Below are positions 17,248-26,290 of a stretch of 64,000 nt of DNA, one piece after another. Numbering within the stretch: the first letter of the stretch is position 1; the number at the start of each line of letters is the position of its first letter. Under the pieces are notes generated by a model. The model had not been told where the DNA came from. It was given only the letters and a program-made list of their open reading frames with translations, and made no database searches. The translations under genes were made by a program, and so were the position numbers. Origin of the DNA: an uncultured Actinomycetota bacterium (GTDB lineage: Bacteria > Actinomycetota > Actinomycetes > Actinomycetales > CAWJMD01); assembly GCA_963700925.1 (NCBI GenBank), contig OY969553.1, positions 4,444,710-4,508,709 on the forward strand. The letters run 5' to 3'.

Positions 17248-17337
17248 GGTCGTCCCTCGTCAGAGACGTTGTGTCGCAAGCCATCCGACACGCCGAGAAG
17301 ACACGCCGAGAGGGTTCGGACTTCGGCGCAGCCTACC

Positions 17338-17380
17338 CCCGCCTGACCTGCGACGACGCGCGTACCCGCAGGTCAGGGGG
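17338..17380 (+). terminator. Strong stem-loop about 90 nt downstream of kal
   Basis: CCTGACCTGCG (17342-17352) pairs perfectly with CGCAGGTCAGG (17367-17377). Flanking C/G pairs and inner ACG/CGT pairs extend the stem. There is no U-tract. Confidence 0.45.
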
Positions 17381-17383
17381 CGG

Positions 17384-17411
17384 TTGACACCCACGGTGGA
17401 CGGAGTACGTT
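17384..17411 (+). promoter_or_regulatory. Near-consensus sigma-70-type promoter (TTGACA-N16-TACGTT)
   Basis: TTGACA at 17384-17389, a 16-nt spacer, and TACGTT at 17406-17411. It lies about 440 nt upstream of lnt. Confidence 0.35.
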
Positions 17412-17708
17412 CTGAGACTTCGGCCGTCCCCCAGGAAATGTCACAGCAGGCGTTCCCGACGGCACGAGAGTGGCGGTAGACCCTCTGCCGGCGCCTCGCC
17501 AACCGCGGGACTGATTCACCGTCCGCGTCACCGCGAGGGACACGGCTGGTGAGTCAAGGTCGGGCTCGCGCGCTCTATAGACAACGTGCCGTCGCAGTGA
17601 AGCCATTGCTGCTCGGTTCGGCCCGAAGGGCGCGCGGGCCGACCCGGCCGTTCGCTCCTCGACTGTCAGGGCACAGCCCACTCCACGCGGTCCTGCGCCT
17701 GACACTCG

Positions 17709-17793
17709 CGCGACCCCAACGACTGCGCGACCCCAACGACTGCGCGACCCCAACCACTGCGCGACCCCAACGACTGCGCGACCCCAACGACTG
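17709..17793. repeat. 17-bp tandem repeat (cgcgaccccaacgactg x5), intergenic
   Basis: Four perfect copies and one copy with a single substitution (ccactg). It is flanked by gactgtcagggcacagcccact (from 17661) and gactgtcagggtcacaacccact (from 17788). Confidence 0.95.
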
Positions 17794-17857
17794 TCAGGGT
17801 CACAACCCACTAGGGGCGACGCTCGGCCTGACCGGTGCCTCGCCTTAGAGTCGGCCC

Positions 17858-19510
17858 GTGCCCCTCCGTCCCTTGCCGGCCCCCGTCGCGATCGCCGTGG
17901 CCGCGCTGGCAGGCGTCGGCGCCTGGCGCGCCTTTCCCGGGTCGTCGTGGTGGTGGCTTGCCCCACTGGCGGTCGCGGCTCTCGGCGTGGCGGTCCGAGG
18001 CCGCGGCACCAGATGGGCCGCGCTCGTCGGCTGGGCCTTCGGGCTGGCCTTGCAGCTGCCGCTCCTCGAGTGGACGGGGATCGTCGTCGGGTGGCTGCCG
18101 TGGGTCGCGCTCGCCGTGATGGAGTCGCTCTTCGGCGCCCTGGCCGGCGTCGCGCTCTGCCTGGTGCAGCGCCTGCAGGCCGGTCCACTCGGCGGTGCGC
18201 TGGTGCGGGCCCTGGCGATGGCTGCCGCGTGGGTCGCCGTCGAGGCCCTCCAAGGTCGCGTGCCCTTCGGCGGTTTCGGCTGGAGTCGGCTGGCGTTCTC
18301 GCAGGCCGATGCGCCCACTCTCGGCCTGGCCGCCGTCGCCGGTGCGCCACTGGTCTCGTTCGCCGTCGCGCTCTCGGGCGCGCTGCTGCTGGAGGCCGGC
18401 GCCGGCTGCACCTTGCGTCAGTGGCGGACGACGGCGGCCGCGGCAGCTGCAGCCGCGGCAGTGCTGCTCGTCGGCCTGGTCGTACCGACCCCGACGCGTT
18501 CGGAGCGGGGAAGCGTCACCGTGTCGGCAGTCCAGGGCAACGTCCCGCGGCCGGGTCTGGAGTTCAACGCCGAGCGGCGCGCGGTGCTCGACAACCACGC
18601 GACCGCGACGCGTGACCTTGCCGAGGCCGTCGCGCGCGGCGACGTCCCCCAGCCCGACCTCGTGGTCTGGCCCGAGAACTCCAGCGACATCGACCCGTTC
18701 CGCAACGCCGACGCGGGTCGCGTGATCGACGCAGCCGTCGACGACATCGGCGCCCCGACCCTGCTCGGGACCCTCGTGCGTGGCGTCGACGGGCGCTCCA
18801 GCAACACCTCCCTGCTGTGGCTGCCCGACGAGGGACCGGTCGACGACTACGTGAAGCGCGCGCCGGTGCCCTTCGCCGAGTACGTGCCCTACCGCGACCT
18901 CTTCCGGGCCATCACGCCGCTGATCGACCTGGCCGGGGACATGACGGCCGGCGACGAGGTGGGCCTGGTCGAGGTGCCCCTTGCCACTGGCGAGCCACTG
19001 CCGGTGGGCGACCTGATCTGCTTCGAGGTGCTGGTCGACCACCTCGTCGCCGACACGGTCGACGCCGGTGCCGAGGTGCTGGTCGTCCAGACCAACAACG
19101 CCACTTTCGGATACAGCGACGAAAGCGTGCAGCAGCTCGCGATGTCACGTCTGCGTGCTGTGGAGACCGGGCGGGCCGTCGTCCATGCGTCCACGGTCGG
19201 TGTCAGTGCCATCGTGAGCCCGGACGGCACTGTTCTGCAGCGCTCGTCGTTGTTCACGCAGGACGTGCTGACCGCAATTGCGCCGCGACGTGCGAGCCTC
19301 ACGCTCGCGAGCCGCCTCCGAGAGTGGCCGGAGTGGCTGCTCGTCGTCGGTGGCATCCTGGGTGCCTTGGCAGGTGCCCGCACCCAGACACGAACCCAGA
19401 CACGAACCCAGACAAGAACCCAGACACGAACACGGACGCGATCGGACGGGTCCGCGGCGGACGAGGCACCGGAGCTCTCGACGGCGGAGAAGGCGGAGGA
19501 GAGCGCGTGA
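17858..19510 (+). CDS. lnt: Apolipoprotein N-acyltransferase
   Basis: 550 aa with multiple N-terminal transmembrane segments and a CN-hydrolase domain (VVWPENS...ICFEVLV). It is followed by ppm1, as in mycobacteria. Confidence 0.85.
   Translation: MPLRPLPAPVAIAVAALAGVGAWRAFPGSSWWWLAPLAVAALGVAVRGRGTRWAALVGWAFGLALQLPLLEWTGIVVGWLPWVALAVMESLFGALAGVALCLVQRLQAGPLGGALVRALAMAAAWVAVEALQGRVPFGGFGWSRLAFSQADAPTLGLAAVAGAPLVSFAVALSGALLLEAGAGCTLRQWRTTAAAAAAAAAVLLVGLVVPTPTRSERGSVTVSAVQGNVPRPGLEFNAERRAVLDNHATATRDLAEAVARGDVPQPDLVVWPENSSDIDPFRNADAGRVIDAAVDDIGAPTLLGTLVRGVDGRSSNTSLLWLPDEGPVDDYVKRAPVPFAEYVPYRDLFRAITPLIDLAGDMTAGDEVGLVEVPLATGEPLPVGDLICFEVLVDHLVADTVDAGAEVLVVQTNNATFGYSDESVQQLAMSRLRAVETGRAVVHASTVGVSAIVSPDGTVLQRSSLFTQDVLTAIAPRRASLTLASRLREWPEWLLVVGGILGALAGARTQTRTQTRTQTRTQTRTRTRSDGSAADEAPELSTAEKAEESA
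19382..19441 (+). repeat. 12-bp tandem repeat (acccagacacga x4-5) in the lnt 3' end
   Basis: It encodes [20 protein letters not shown] in the C-terminal tail. Confidence 0.9.
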
Positions 19511-20277
19511 AGGTCCTGGTCATCACCCCGACCTACAACGAGCGCCTCCCACTGCCCGGAACATTGAGCCGCTTGCGCGCAGCCGTGCCCGACGCCGACG
19601 TGCTCGTCGTCGACGACGCCAGCCCCGACGGCACCGGTGACCTCGCCGACGCCAAGGCGGCGGACGACCCCGCGGTGCACGTGCTGCACCGTCCCGGCAA
19701 GGCCGGCCTCGGGGCCGCCTACCGGGCGGGTTTCGCGTGGGGGCTGGATCGGGACTACGACGTGCTGGTCGAGATGGACGCCGACGGGTCGCACCAGCCC
19801 GAGCAGCTGCCCGCCCTGCTCGCTGCGGTGGCCAACGGCGCTGACCTGGCCATCGGGTCTCGCTGGGTCCAGGGCGGTGCCGTCACCAACTGGCCCGTCA
19901 CCCGCCAGGCCCTGAGCCGCGGCGGCAACCTCTACGCCCGGGTCGCACTGGGCATCGAGGTGCGTGACGCCACCGCGGGTTTCCGGGCGTACCGACGCGA
20001 GGTGCTGGAGAAGATCGAGCTCGAAGAGGTCAGCTCGCAGGGGTACTGCTTCCAGATCGACCTGGCCTGGCGGGCGCTGCGGGAGGGTTTCCGCGTCGTG
20101 GAGGTACCGATCGTGTTCGTCGAGCGCGAGCTGGGGGCCAGCAAGATGAACGGTGCGATCGTGCGCGAGGCGCTGACGAAGATGACGTTCTGGGGGGTGC
20201 AGCACCGAGCCGGCCAGGCCGTGTCGCTGGTCAGGCGGGCTGCCCACCGCGGGCGCTCGGGGAGGTGGCACAGCTGA
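19507..20277 (+). CDS. ppm1: Polyprenol-monophosphomannose synthase (GT2)
   Basis: GTGA overlap with lnt. Sequence: [16 protein letters not shown]...[14 protein letters not shown]...[10 protein letters not shown]. Confidence 0.9.
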   Translation: MKVLVITPTYNERLPLPGTLSRLRAAVPDADVLVVDDASPDGTGDLADAKAADDPAVHVLHRPGKAGLGAAYRAGFAWGLDRDYDVLVEMDADGSHQPEQLPALLAAVANGADLAIGSRWVQGGAVTNWPVTRQALSRGGNLYARVALGIEVRDATAGFRAYRREVLEKIELEEVSSQGYCFQIDLAWRALREGFRVVEVPIVFVERELGASKMNGAIVREALTKMTFWGVQHRAGQAVSLVRRAAHRGRSGRWHS

Positions 20278-20873
20278 GCGCGAACCAGAGCTCGCGCGGG
20301 CTCACCGGCCGGCCGGTCAGACAGGGGCGACGGCGCCGCTGGCGGTGGGTCGCGCTGGCGGCGCTGCTGGTGCCCCTGGTCGAGCTCGCCGTGATCGTCG
20401 TGATCGCACGCTGGATCGGCGTGCTGCCGACCCTCGGGCTGCTGGCGGCCGAGACGGCACTGGGCGGATGGCTGGTCGTGCGGGAAGTGCCTCGCACCTG
20501 GCGAACGCTGCGTGACGGGCTCGGGATCGGGGTGGTCGAGGTCGAAGGGGTGCGCGTCACCCACTCACCGACCCGGCTGCCGGCCAAGGAGCTGGCGGAC
20601 GGGGCCCTCGTGCTGGTCGGCGGCGCCCTGTTGCTGCTGCCGGGTTTCGTGAGCGACCTGCTCGCGCTGGTCTGCCTGATCCCCTTCACCCGGCCGCTCC
20701 CTCGCCGGCTGCTGACGGCACTTCTCGTGCGGCGCGCGGGGGTCGTGGCGACGCGCGTGCGCGGGCGCTACGAGCAGGGTGGCCAGTCGGTACCCGGCGA
20801 GGTGATGGAGGGCACCGTCCTCGATCCGGGTTCAGGTCAGGGACCATCGAGGGGACCTCGCAAGGCTCCATGA
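20265..20873 (+). CDS. fxsA: FxsA family membrane protein
   Basis: Sequence: [23 protein letters not shown]...[23 protein letters not shown]. The start is uncertain. Confidence 0.75.
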   Translation: MAQLSANQSSRGLTGRPVRQGRRRRWRWVALAALLVPLVELAVIVVIARWIGVLPTLGLLAAETALGGWLVVREVPRTWRTLRDGLGIGVVEVEGVRVTHSPTRLPAKELADGALVLVGGALLLLPGFVSDLLALVCLIPFTRPLPRRLLTALLVRRAGVVATRVRGRYEQGGQSVPGEVMEGTVLDPGSGQGPSRGPRKAP

Positions 20874-20900
20874 CAGCCATCAGAACCGGCTGACAGACGT

Positions 20901-20933
20901 CAGGACCGGCCGCGCACTGCGCGACCGGTCCTG
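20901..20933. terminator. Bidirectional terminator hairpin between fxsA and rbpA
   Basis: CAGGACCGG (20901-20909) pairs with CCGGTCCTG (20925-20933). An inner GCGCA-C-TGCGC extends the hairpin. Confidence 0.6.
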
Positions 20934-20962
20934 TGTCTGGGTACTGGGTTGGTTGTCGAGCC

Positions 20963-21310
20963 TCAGGCGCTGCGCTTGTTCAGAGCCCCACTGCGGAGCA
21001 GCTCCAGCCGCTCGGTCAGCAGATCCTCGAGCTCGGCGACGGTGCGCCGCTCGAGCAGCATGTCCCAGTGGCTGCGGACGTGCTTGACGGGCCCTGCCTC
21101 GGGCTGCGCGGCGTCGCGCAGCAGTGCTTGCTCGCCGCACCGACACTCCCACAGCGCCGGGACATCGGCCTCGACCGAGAACGGCAGTGTGGTGACGTGC
21201 CCCAACGGGCAGACGTACTCGGCAACCTGCCGCGGTGCCCTGGCGATGCCCGTATCGGACTCGAGACTCGAAGCCCCAAGCCTTGTTCCCCGCAGACTTC
21301 GTTCGCTCAT
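20963..21310 (-). CDS. rbpA: RNA polymerase-binding protein RbpA
   Basis: 115 aa. Sequence: RGTRLGASSLESD...YVCPLGHVTTLPFSVEADVPALWECRCG...HWDMLLERRT. Confidence 0.9.
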   Translation of the reverse strand: MSERSLRGTRLGASSLESDTGIARAPRQVAEYVCPLGHVTTLPFSVEADVPALWECRCGEQALLRDAAQPEAGPVKHVRSHWDMLLERRTVAELEDLLTERLELLRSGALNKRSA

Positions 21311-21415
21311 GGCTACGCTCCCTGCTTCGCCCCGTGCGGACGCGTGCCGTCCACACAGTCCGAACGCCTTCGGAGGTGAACCTGTTCCGTGCGGGGGTGA
21401 AGGTCGTGTGAAGGG

Positions 21416-22945
21416 TCAGAGCACGGCCGGAGGCGTGTTCCCGGCGGCCACGATGCCCTCACGGATCCGGACGCGGGTGAGCAGCAGCCCGCCGAGCACG
21501 AAGAACACGACCAGCGACACGATGGCGGGACGGTAGGACCCGCTCAGCTGGTAGACGAGCCCGAACAGGAACGTCCCGAACCAGCTGGTCCCGCGCTCGG
21601 CGGCCTGGTACAGGCTGAAGTACTCCGCTTCGCGCCCGAGTGGCACCAGCTGGCTGAACAGGGAACGGGAGAGCGCCTGCGTGCCACCGAGCACGAGCCC
21701 GATCAGTCCGGCCAAGGCGAGGAACAACGGGAAGTTGCCCGCTGGGAGGAAGAACCCCACGACGACCACCACGGTCCACAGCACCAGGCCGGCGAGGATG
21801 GTGCGCTTGGCGCCGTACCGGCCGGCCAGCCGTCCGAACAACAGCGCACCCCCGAACGCGACCAGCTGAACCATCAGGATCGTGATGATCAGGCTCTCGG
21901 TGGGCAGGCCCAGCTCCTCGGCGCCGTAGACGCTCGAGGCCCCGATCACGGTCTGGATCCCGTCGTTGAACAGCAGGTAGGCGAGCAGGAACATCCACGT
22001 GTTGCGGTAGCCGCGCAGGTGCCGCAGCGTGTCGGCGAGCTGGGTGAAGGAGCCCTTGAGCAGGGAAGCGCGAGGCGGAGTCGGGCTTGCGGCGGCGGTC
22101 GCCGGCGGCTTGCCGACGTCGACTCCCGTGCCGGGTTCGACGGGGACGGGTTCGGCGGGGATGGATTCGACAGGGACGGGTTCGACGAGCACGGGGTCGA
22201 CCGGAACCCGGTTGCGCAGGCCGAGGACGGGCACCAGCGTGAACGCACCCCACCACACGCCGGCCGAGAGCAGGCTGACCCTCACCGCCTGACCCTCGGT
22301 CAGGCCGAGGGAGTCGTGCAGTGTGACCAGCGCGAGGTTCGCAGCCAGCAGCAGGAACCCGCCGAGATAGCCCATCGCCCAGCCCCGGCTGGAGACACCG
22401 TCACGTTCGTCCGGCGTCGCGATCTGGCACAGGATCGCGTCGTACACCACCAGTGACGACCCGAGTGCGGTGTTGGCGACGAGCAGCAGCCCGACACCGA
22501 GCTGCCAGTTGGAGCCGGTGACGAAGAACATCGACGCCGCTGCCAGGGCCCCGATCCAAGCGAAGCCTCCGAGCAGCTGGCGCTGGTGTCGCGACCGGTC
22601 GGCGATCGCGCCCACCAGAGGCAGGATCACCGCAGACACCACGGTGGAGAGCGTCACCGCGTAGAACACGAGTGAGCCCGCGCTGATCGGAACCCCGAGC
22701 ACGCGCAGGCTCTCCGTGCAGTCGACTCCCTCGGCGAGGTTCGGGCAGGCGTCGGCACGGGCGACCGCCGTCAGGTACGGACCGAGCAGGACGGTGGCGG
22801 TGGTGGTCACGTAGGCCGAGTTCGCCCAGTCGTACACGTACCAGGCGCGGTGCTGGCGGCGGCGCGAGGCGGCGTCCTGGTGGAGCGGTTCGGCGCTCGT
22901 GACGTCCGGGGGAGACGAGGTCGGGCCGGCGGCCGGGTCGGTCAT
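21416..22945 (-). CDS. MFS transporter (UMF1/Atg22-like)
   Basis: 509 aa. Sequence: AWYVYDWANSAYVTTTATVLLGPYL, with about 12 transmembrane segments. Confidence 0.8.
   Translation of the reverse strand: MTDPAAGPTSSPPDVTSAEPLHQDAASRRRQHRAWYVYDWANSAYVTTTATVLLGPYLTAVARADACPNLAEGVDCTESLRVLGVPISAGSLVFYAVTLSTVVSAVILPLVGAIADRSRHQRQLLGGFAWIGALAAASMFFVTGSNWQLGVGLLLVANTALGSSLVVYDAILCQIATPDERDGVSSRGWAMGYLGGFLLLAANLALVTLHDSLGLTEGQAVRVSLLSAGVWWGAFTLVPVLGLRNRVPVDPVLVEPVPVESIPAEPVPVEPGTGVDVGKPPATAAASPTPPRASLLKGSFTQLADTLRHLRGYRNTWMFLLAYLLFNDGIQTVIGASSVYGAEELGLPTESLIITILMVQLVAFGGALLFGRLAGRYGAKRTILAGLVLWTVVVVVGFFLPAGNFPLFLALAGLIGLVLGGTQALSRSLFSQLVPLGREAEYFSLYQAAERGTSWFGTFLFGLVYQLSGSYRPAIVSLVVFFVLGGLLLTRVRIREGIVAAGNTPPAVL
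22133..22207. repeat. Imperfect 15-bp tandem repeat x5 inside the MFS gene
   Basis: Units gggttcgacggggac, gggttcggcggggat, ggattcgacagggac, gggttcgacgagcac and ggggtcgaccggaac. They encode VPVDPVLVEPVPVESIPAEPVPVEP. Confidence 0.8.
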
Positions 22946-22952
22946 GTGCCGA

Positions 22953-23747
22953 TCATGACGGGCCGCGAGCGCTCCTGCGTACCTCTTCGACCGCCAGGTC
23001 GGTGCGATCCGTGATCAGGCCGTCCACGCCGAGGTCGAGCAGACGGCGCATCTCGGCGGGGTCGTTCACCGTCCAGGCATGCACCTCGAGGCCTGTGTCG
23101 TGGGCCGCGGCAAGGAACCGCGACGTGATCACGCGCAGACGGCCCATCCGCACCGGCAGCTGCAGGCAGTCGACCGCCTTCGTCAGAGCTCGCAGCACTG
23201 ACGTCGGAGCGCCTGCCCGTACGGCGCACCAGAAGCGGGCGGCCTCGACCATGCCGGGCGAGGCGGCGACCGGTCGTGAGAGCTGCCGCACGGTCGCCCG
23301 TCGGCGTCGGTCGGAGAACGAGGCGACGCACACCCGGTCGTGCGCGCCGGTGCGCTCGAGCACCCGGACGAGTGGCGCGGCAGCCCCGGCGGACTTCACA
23401 TCGATGTTCACGCGCACGTCGGGCCAGGTTCCCAGCACGTCTTCGAACAGGGGGATCGGCTCGGTGCCGCCGATCAGCGCTCTGCTGACCCGCGACCACG
23501 GCAGCCGTGCGACGCGGCCCGTGCCGTTGGTGACGCGGTCGAGCGCGCTGTCGTGGAAGGCGAGCAACTGTCCGTCGGACGTCGCGTGCACGTCGGTCTC
23601 GAGGTATCTCGCGCCGAGGTTGACGGCGGCCTCGAAGGCCAGCATGGAGTTCTCCAGCCGACCGTCGCCTCCCGGGTCGAACCCCCGGTGCGCCATCACC
23701 AGCGGCCCGTCGTGGTCCAGGTACGGGGTGCGGGCGCGCAGCGGCAT
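22953..23747 (-). CDS. Glycerophosphodiester phosphodiesterase
   Basis: Sequence: MAHRGF...ENSMLAFEAAVNLGARYLETDVHATSDGQLLAFHD. Confidence 0.85.
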   Translation of the reverse strand: MPLRARTPYLDHDGPLVMAHRGFDPGGDGRLENSMLAFEAAVNLGARYLETDVHATSDGQLLAFHDSALDRVTNGTGRVARLPWSRVSRALIGGTEPIPLFEDVLGTWPDVRVNIDVKSAGAAAPLVRVLERTGAHDRVCVASFSDRRRRATVRQLSRPVAASPGMVEAARFWCAVRAGAPTSVLRALTKAVDCLQLPVRMGRLRVITSRFLAAAHDTGLEVHAWTVNDPAEMRRLLDLGVDGLITDRTDLAVEEVRRSARGPS

Positions 23748-25069
23748 CAGCCGCCGAACTCCCAGTGCCAGGCCTCTGGCCGGCTACCGCCCTGTTGCGC
23801 CCACGCCGGGTGGAAGAACCCGTACAGGGGGGCGTTGGCGCGCATCCACTGGTGCTGCGGCGTGCCGAAGGTCTGGATGCCTCCGCACAGGTCGGTCGCT
23901 GTGCCCCAGCCGTGGTTGGAGGTGCCGGGCTTCGCGGCGAGGTGCGGCTTGGCCTTGTAGACAGCGACCTGTCCGGCGTAGTCGCGGTACGAGTCGGTGA
24001 CGCAGATCGGGCTGCCGAACCTCAGGGCGTACGCCTCGGACATCCGGTTGAACCCGAAGGCCGCGTCGGCGCGGAGCCGGTGAGCCCCTGCGGCCCACAG
24101 CGGGCAGAGGTTGTCGCGGGGGATCGCACCGTTGGGGTAGCTGCTGACGTCTCCGCCCACGCAGTCGCCGACCGGGCCGGTCACTCCGTTGCCGCCGTTG
24201 CGGCCCGCGCCGGCGTCCAGCCGACGTTGCTCGGCCTCCGCCCGTGCCAAGGCCATCGCTTCGGTCTCGTCGCCGGCAGCGGTCGCGGCGATCTCCGTGG
24301 TCTCGAGCAGCACCTGCATCAGGGCCACCTGGCCGCGCTGCTGCTGGAGCAGGCTGTCGGCCAGCTCGCGGGCGGCCACCGCCTGGCCTGCGGCCGCGGT
24401 GGCCTGCTCGGAGGCCTCCTCGGACTTCTTGGTGGCGTCCTCCTGGACGGCCTCCGCCTCCTCGACGGTGTCGACGACCGAGCCGCGCCAGCGTCCGACC
24501 AGGTTGATCGTCGCCATCCTCTGGCTGAGGTCGTCGGTGTTCTCCGACTCGAGCAGCGTCATCAGGCCTTCGATGTCGCCCATGTGGCCGCCGTTGCGGT
24601 ACGTCTGGGAGGCCCAGCGGCCCAGCTCGCCCTGGCGGGCTCGCACCAGCATCTCCGCTGCGTCGAGACGCTCGAGCTGACGCTTCTCCTCCTCGATGGC
24701 TGCCGCCTGCGCATCGAGGGCGGTCTGCTCTGCTTCCAGAGCCTCTGCGGCGCCCTGCGACAGCTCGTCGACAGCGACGCGTGCGGTCTCCAGGGCAGCC
24801 TCGTGGTTCTCGACCTCAGCTGCCAGGCGCTCGGCCTCCGCCCTCTGCGCGGCCAGCTCCTCTGCCGTGGGGACGGGTTGCACACCTTGGTCCGCCGCCG
24901 CGCCGCTGCCGTCACCGAGTGGGTCGGCCGAGCCGACGTCACCGACGCCGAGCAGCAGCGCGGCCGCGATCACCGGAACCGCCAGCCAGACCGCAAGGCG
25001 GTGGCGGGGGATGCCGGGTGCGGCGGCGCGGAGCGTCGTCGGTCGGTCTGCTCGAGTCACGATGTCCAT
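23747..25069 (-). CDS. Secreted coiled-coil peptidoglycan hydrolase, M15 (VanY-like D-Ala-D-Ala carboxypeptidase) domain
   Basis: ATG at 25069 (MDIVTRADR), a signal or transmembrane segment, a roughly 250-aa coiled-coil region and a C-terminal SNHGWGTATDL motif. The stop overlaps the GDPD start by 1 nt. Confidence 0.7.
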   Translation of the reverse strand: MDIVTRADRPTTLRAAAPGIPRHRLAVWLAVPVIAAALLLGVGDVGSADPLGDGSGAAADQGVQPVPTAEELAAQRAEAERLAAEVENHEAALETARVAVDELSQGAAEALEAEQTALDAQAAAIEEEKRQLERLDAAEMLVRARQGELGRWASQTYRNGGHMGDIEGLMTLLESENTDDLSQRMATINLVGRWRGSVVDTVEEAEAVQEDATKKSEEASEQATAAAGQAVAARELADSLLQQQRGQVALMQVLLETTEIAATAAGDETEAMALARAEAEQRRLDAGAGRNGGNGVTGPVGDCVGGDVSSYPNGAIPRDNLCPLWAAGAHRLRADAAFGFNRMSEAYALRFGSPICVTDSYRDYAGQVAVYKAKPHLAAKPGTSNHGWGTATDLCGGIQTFGTPQHQWMRANAPLYGFFHPAWAQQGGSRPEAWHWEFGG

Positions 25070-25334
25070 TTCATGGTGTCTTTGTTCAGCGCGGGTCAGG
25101 GCGGTGTAGCCGGCAGTGCACGCTCTGCACCGTCCTCGGACGACCGCCCCCCACGAACCCACCGTGCCATGCGACGGACAGCACGGGCCACTGGTTCCGG
25201 AAACTGTGGACAGTCATCCGGCCGTTGTGTCCGCTAGGGGGCTTTCGGCGTCACTCCTCATGTCGGCAGGTGAGCGCCCAGACCTGAGCCCGTAGGGTGC
25301 TCCGGTGATGCAATCCACAACAACGGCTGCTCGA

Positions 25335-26276
25335 ATGGACCACCGCCAGCTCGGATCGAGCGGACTGACGGTGTCGGTCGTGGGTCTCGGCTGCAACAAC
25401 TTCGGTCGGCACATCGACGCGAAGCGCACGCAGGAGGTGGTCGACGCGTGCCTCGACCACGGGGTGACCCTGTTCGACACCGCTGACATCTACGGCGGCA
25501 GCCCCGGCCAGAGCGAGGAGCTGCTGGGGGAGGCCCTCGGCAGCCGGCGCTCCGAGGTCGTGGTCGCCACCAAGTTCGGCTCCAACATGAACGGTGTCAA
25601 CGGCCCCGACTGGGGGGTGCGAGGCTCCCGCCGGTACATCCGTACCGCGGTGGAGGCCAGTCTGCGCCGCCTGGGCACCGACTGGATCGACCTCTACCAG
25701 ATGCATACGCCCGATCCGGTCACGCCGATCGAGGAGACCCTGGCCGCGCTGCACGAGCTGGTCGTCGAGGGCAAGGTCCGCTACATCGGCAGCTCCAACT
25801 TCGCCGGGTGGCAGGTCGTCGACGCCGACTGGACCGCGCGGACCGCCGGCCAGACCCCGTTCGTGTCGGCGCAGAACGAGTACTCGCTGCTGAAGCGTCA
25901 GGCGGAGGCGGAGCTGGTCCCGGCCTGCGAGCAGGTCGGGGTCGGGCTCCTCCCGTTCTTTCCGTTGGCCTCAGGCCTGCTGACGGGGAAGTATCGCCGG
26001 GGTCAGGAGGCTCCGGAGGGCACGCGGCTCGCCACGCGGCCCGACCGGCTCGCCGCCGCCGACTTCGACCGCATCGAGGCCGTCGCCGCGTACGCCGACG
26101 AGCGTGGAGTCTCGATGCTCGACGTCGCCATCGGTGGGCTCGCCGCCCAGCCTGCGGTCGCGTCGGTGATCGCCGGCGCCACCAGTCCCGAGCAGGTGCG
26201 CGCCAACGTCGCGGCCGGAGCCTGGCAGCCGTCTGCGGCCGACCTGGCCGCGCTCGACGAGGTGGCGCCGTCCTGA
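25335..26276 (+). CDS. Aldo/keto reductase
   Basis: Sequence: [24 protein letters not shown]...DTADIYG...[10 protein letters not shown]. The ORF could start at 25305. Confidence 0.88.
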   Translation: MDHRQLGSSGLTVSVVGLGCNNFGRHIDAKRTQEVVDACLDHGVTLFDTADIYGGSPGQSEELLGEALGSRRSEVVVATKFGSNMNGVNGPDWGVRGSRRYIRTAVEASLRRLGTDWIDLYQMHTPDPVTPIEETLAALHELVVEGKVRYIGSSNFAGWQVVDADWTARTAGQTPFVSAQNEYSLLKRQAEAELVPACEQVGVGLLPFFPLASGLLTGKYRRGQEAPEGTRLATRPDRLAAADFDRIEAVAAYADERGVSMLDVAIGGLAAQPAVASVIAGATSPEQVRANVAAGAWQPSAADLAALDEVAPS

Positions 26277-26290
26277 GCGCGGCCTGGCAC

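Noticed and set aside
17709-17793. The 17-bp x5 array as a CRISPR array.
   Set aside because: The units are directly adjacent with no spacers. The unit is too short, and the window has no cas genes.
17248-17857. A known structured RNA (tRNA, tmRNA, RNase P RNA, SRP RNA, 6C, cobalamin riboswitch) in the 610-bp gap.
   Set aside because: By eye I could not find a GGTTCGAnTCC T-arm, the GGAAAGTCCGG P4 motif of RNase P, the GGAAGCAGCC SRP motif, a B12 box or paired C-rich loops. A covariance-model scan is still needed.
25070-25304. A c-di-AMP (ydaO-type) riboswitch in the leader of the M15 wall hydrolase.
   Set aside because: The minus-strand leader lacks the conserved GGGGACCCA / GGGGTGAATC / CCCGA-AGCTAACC blocks. 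Only vague resemblances are present (gacccgcgctgaac).
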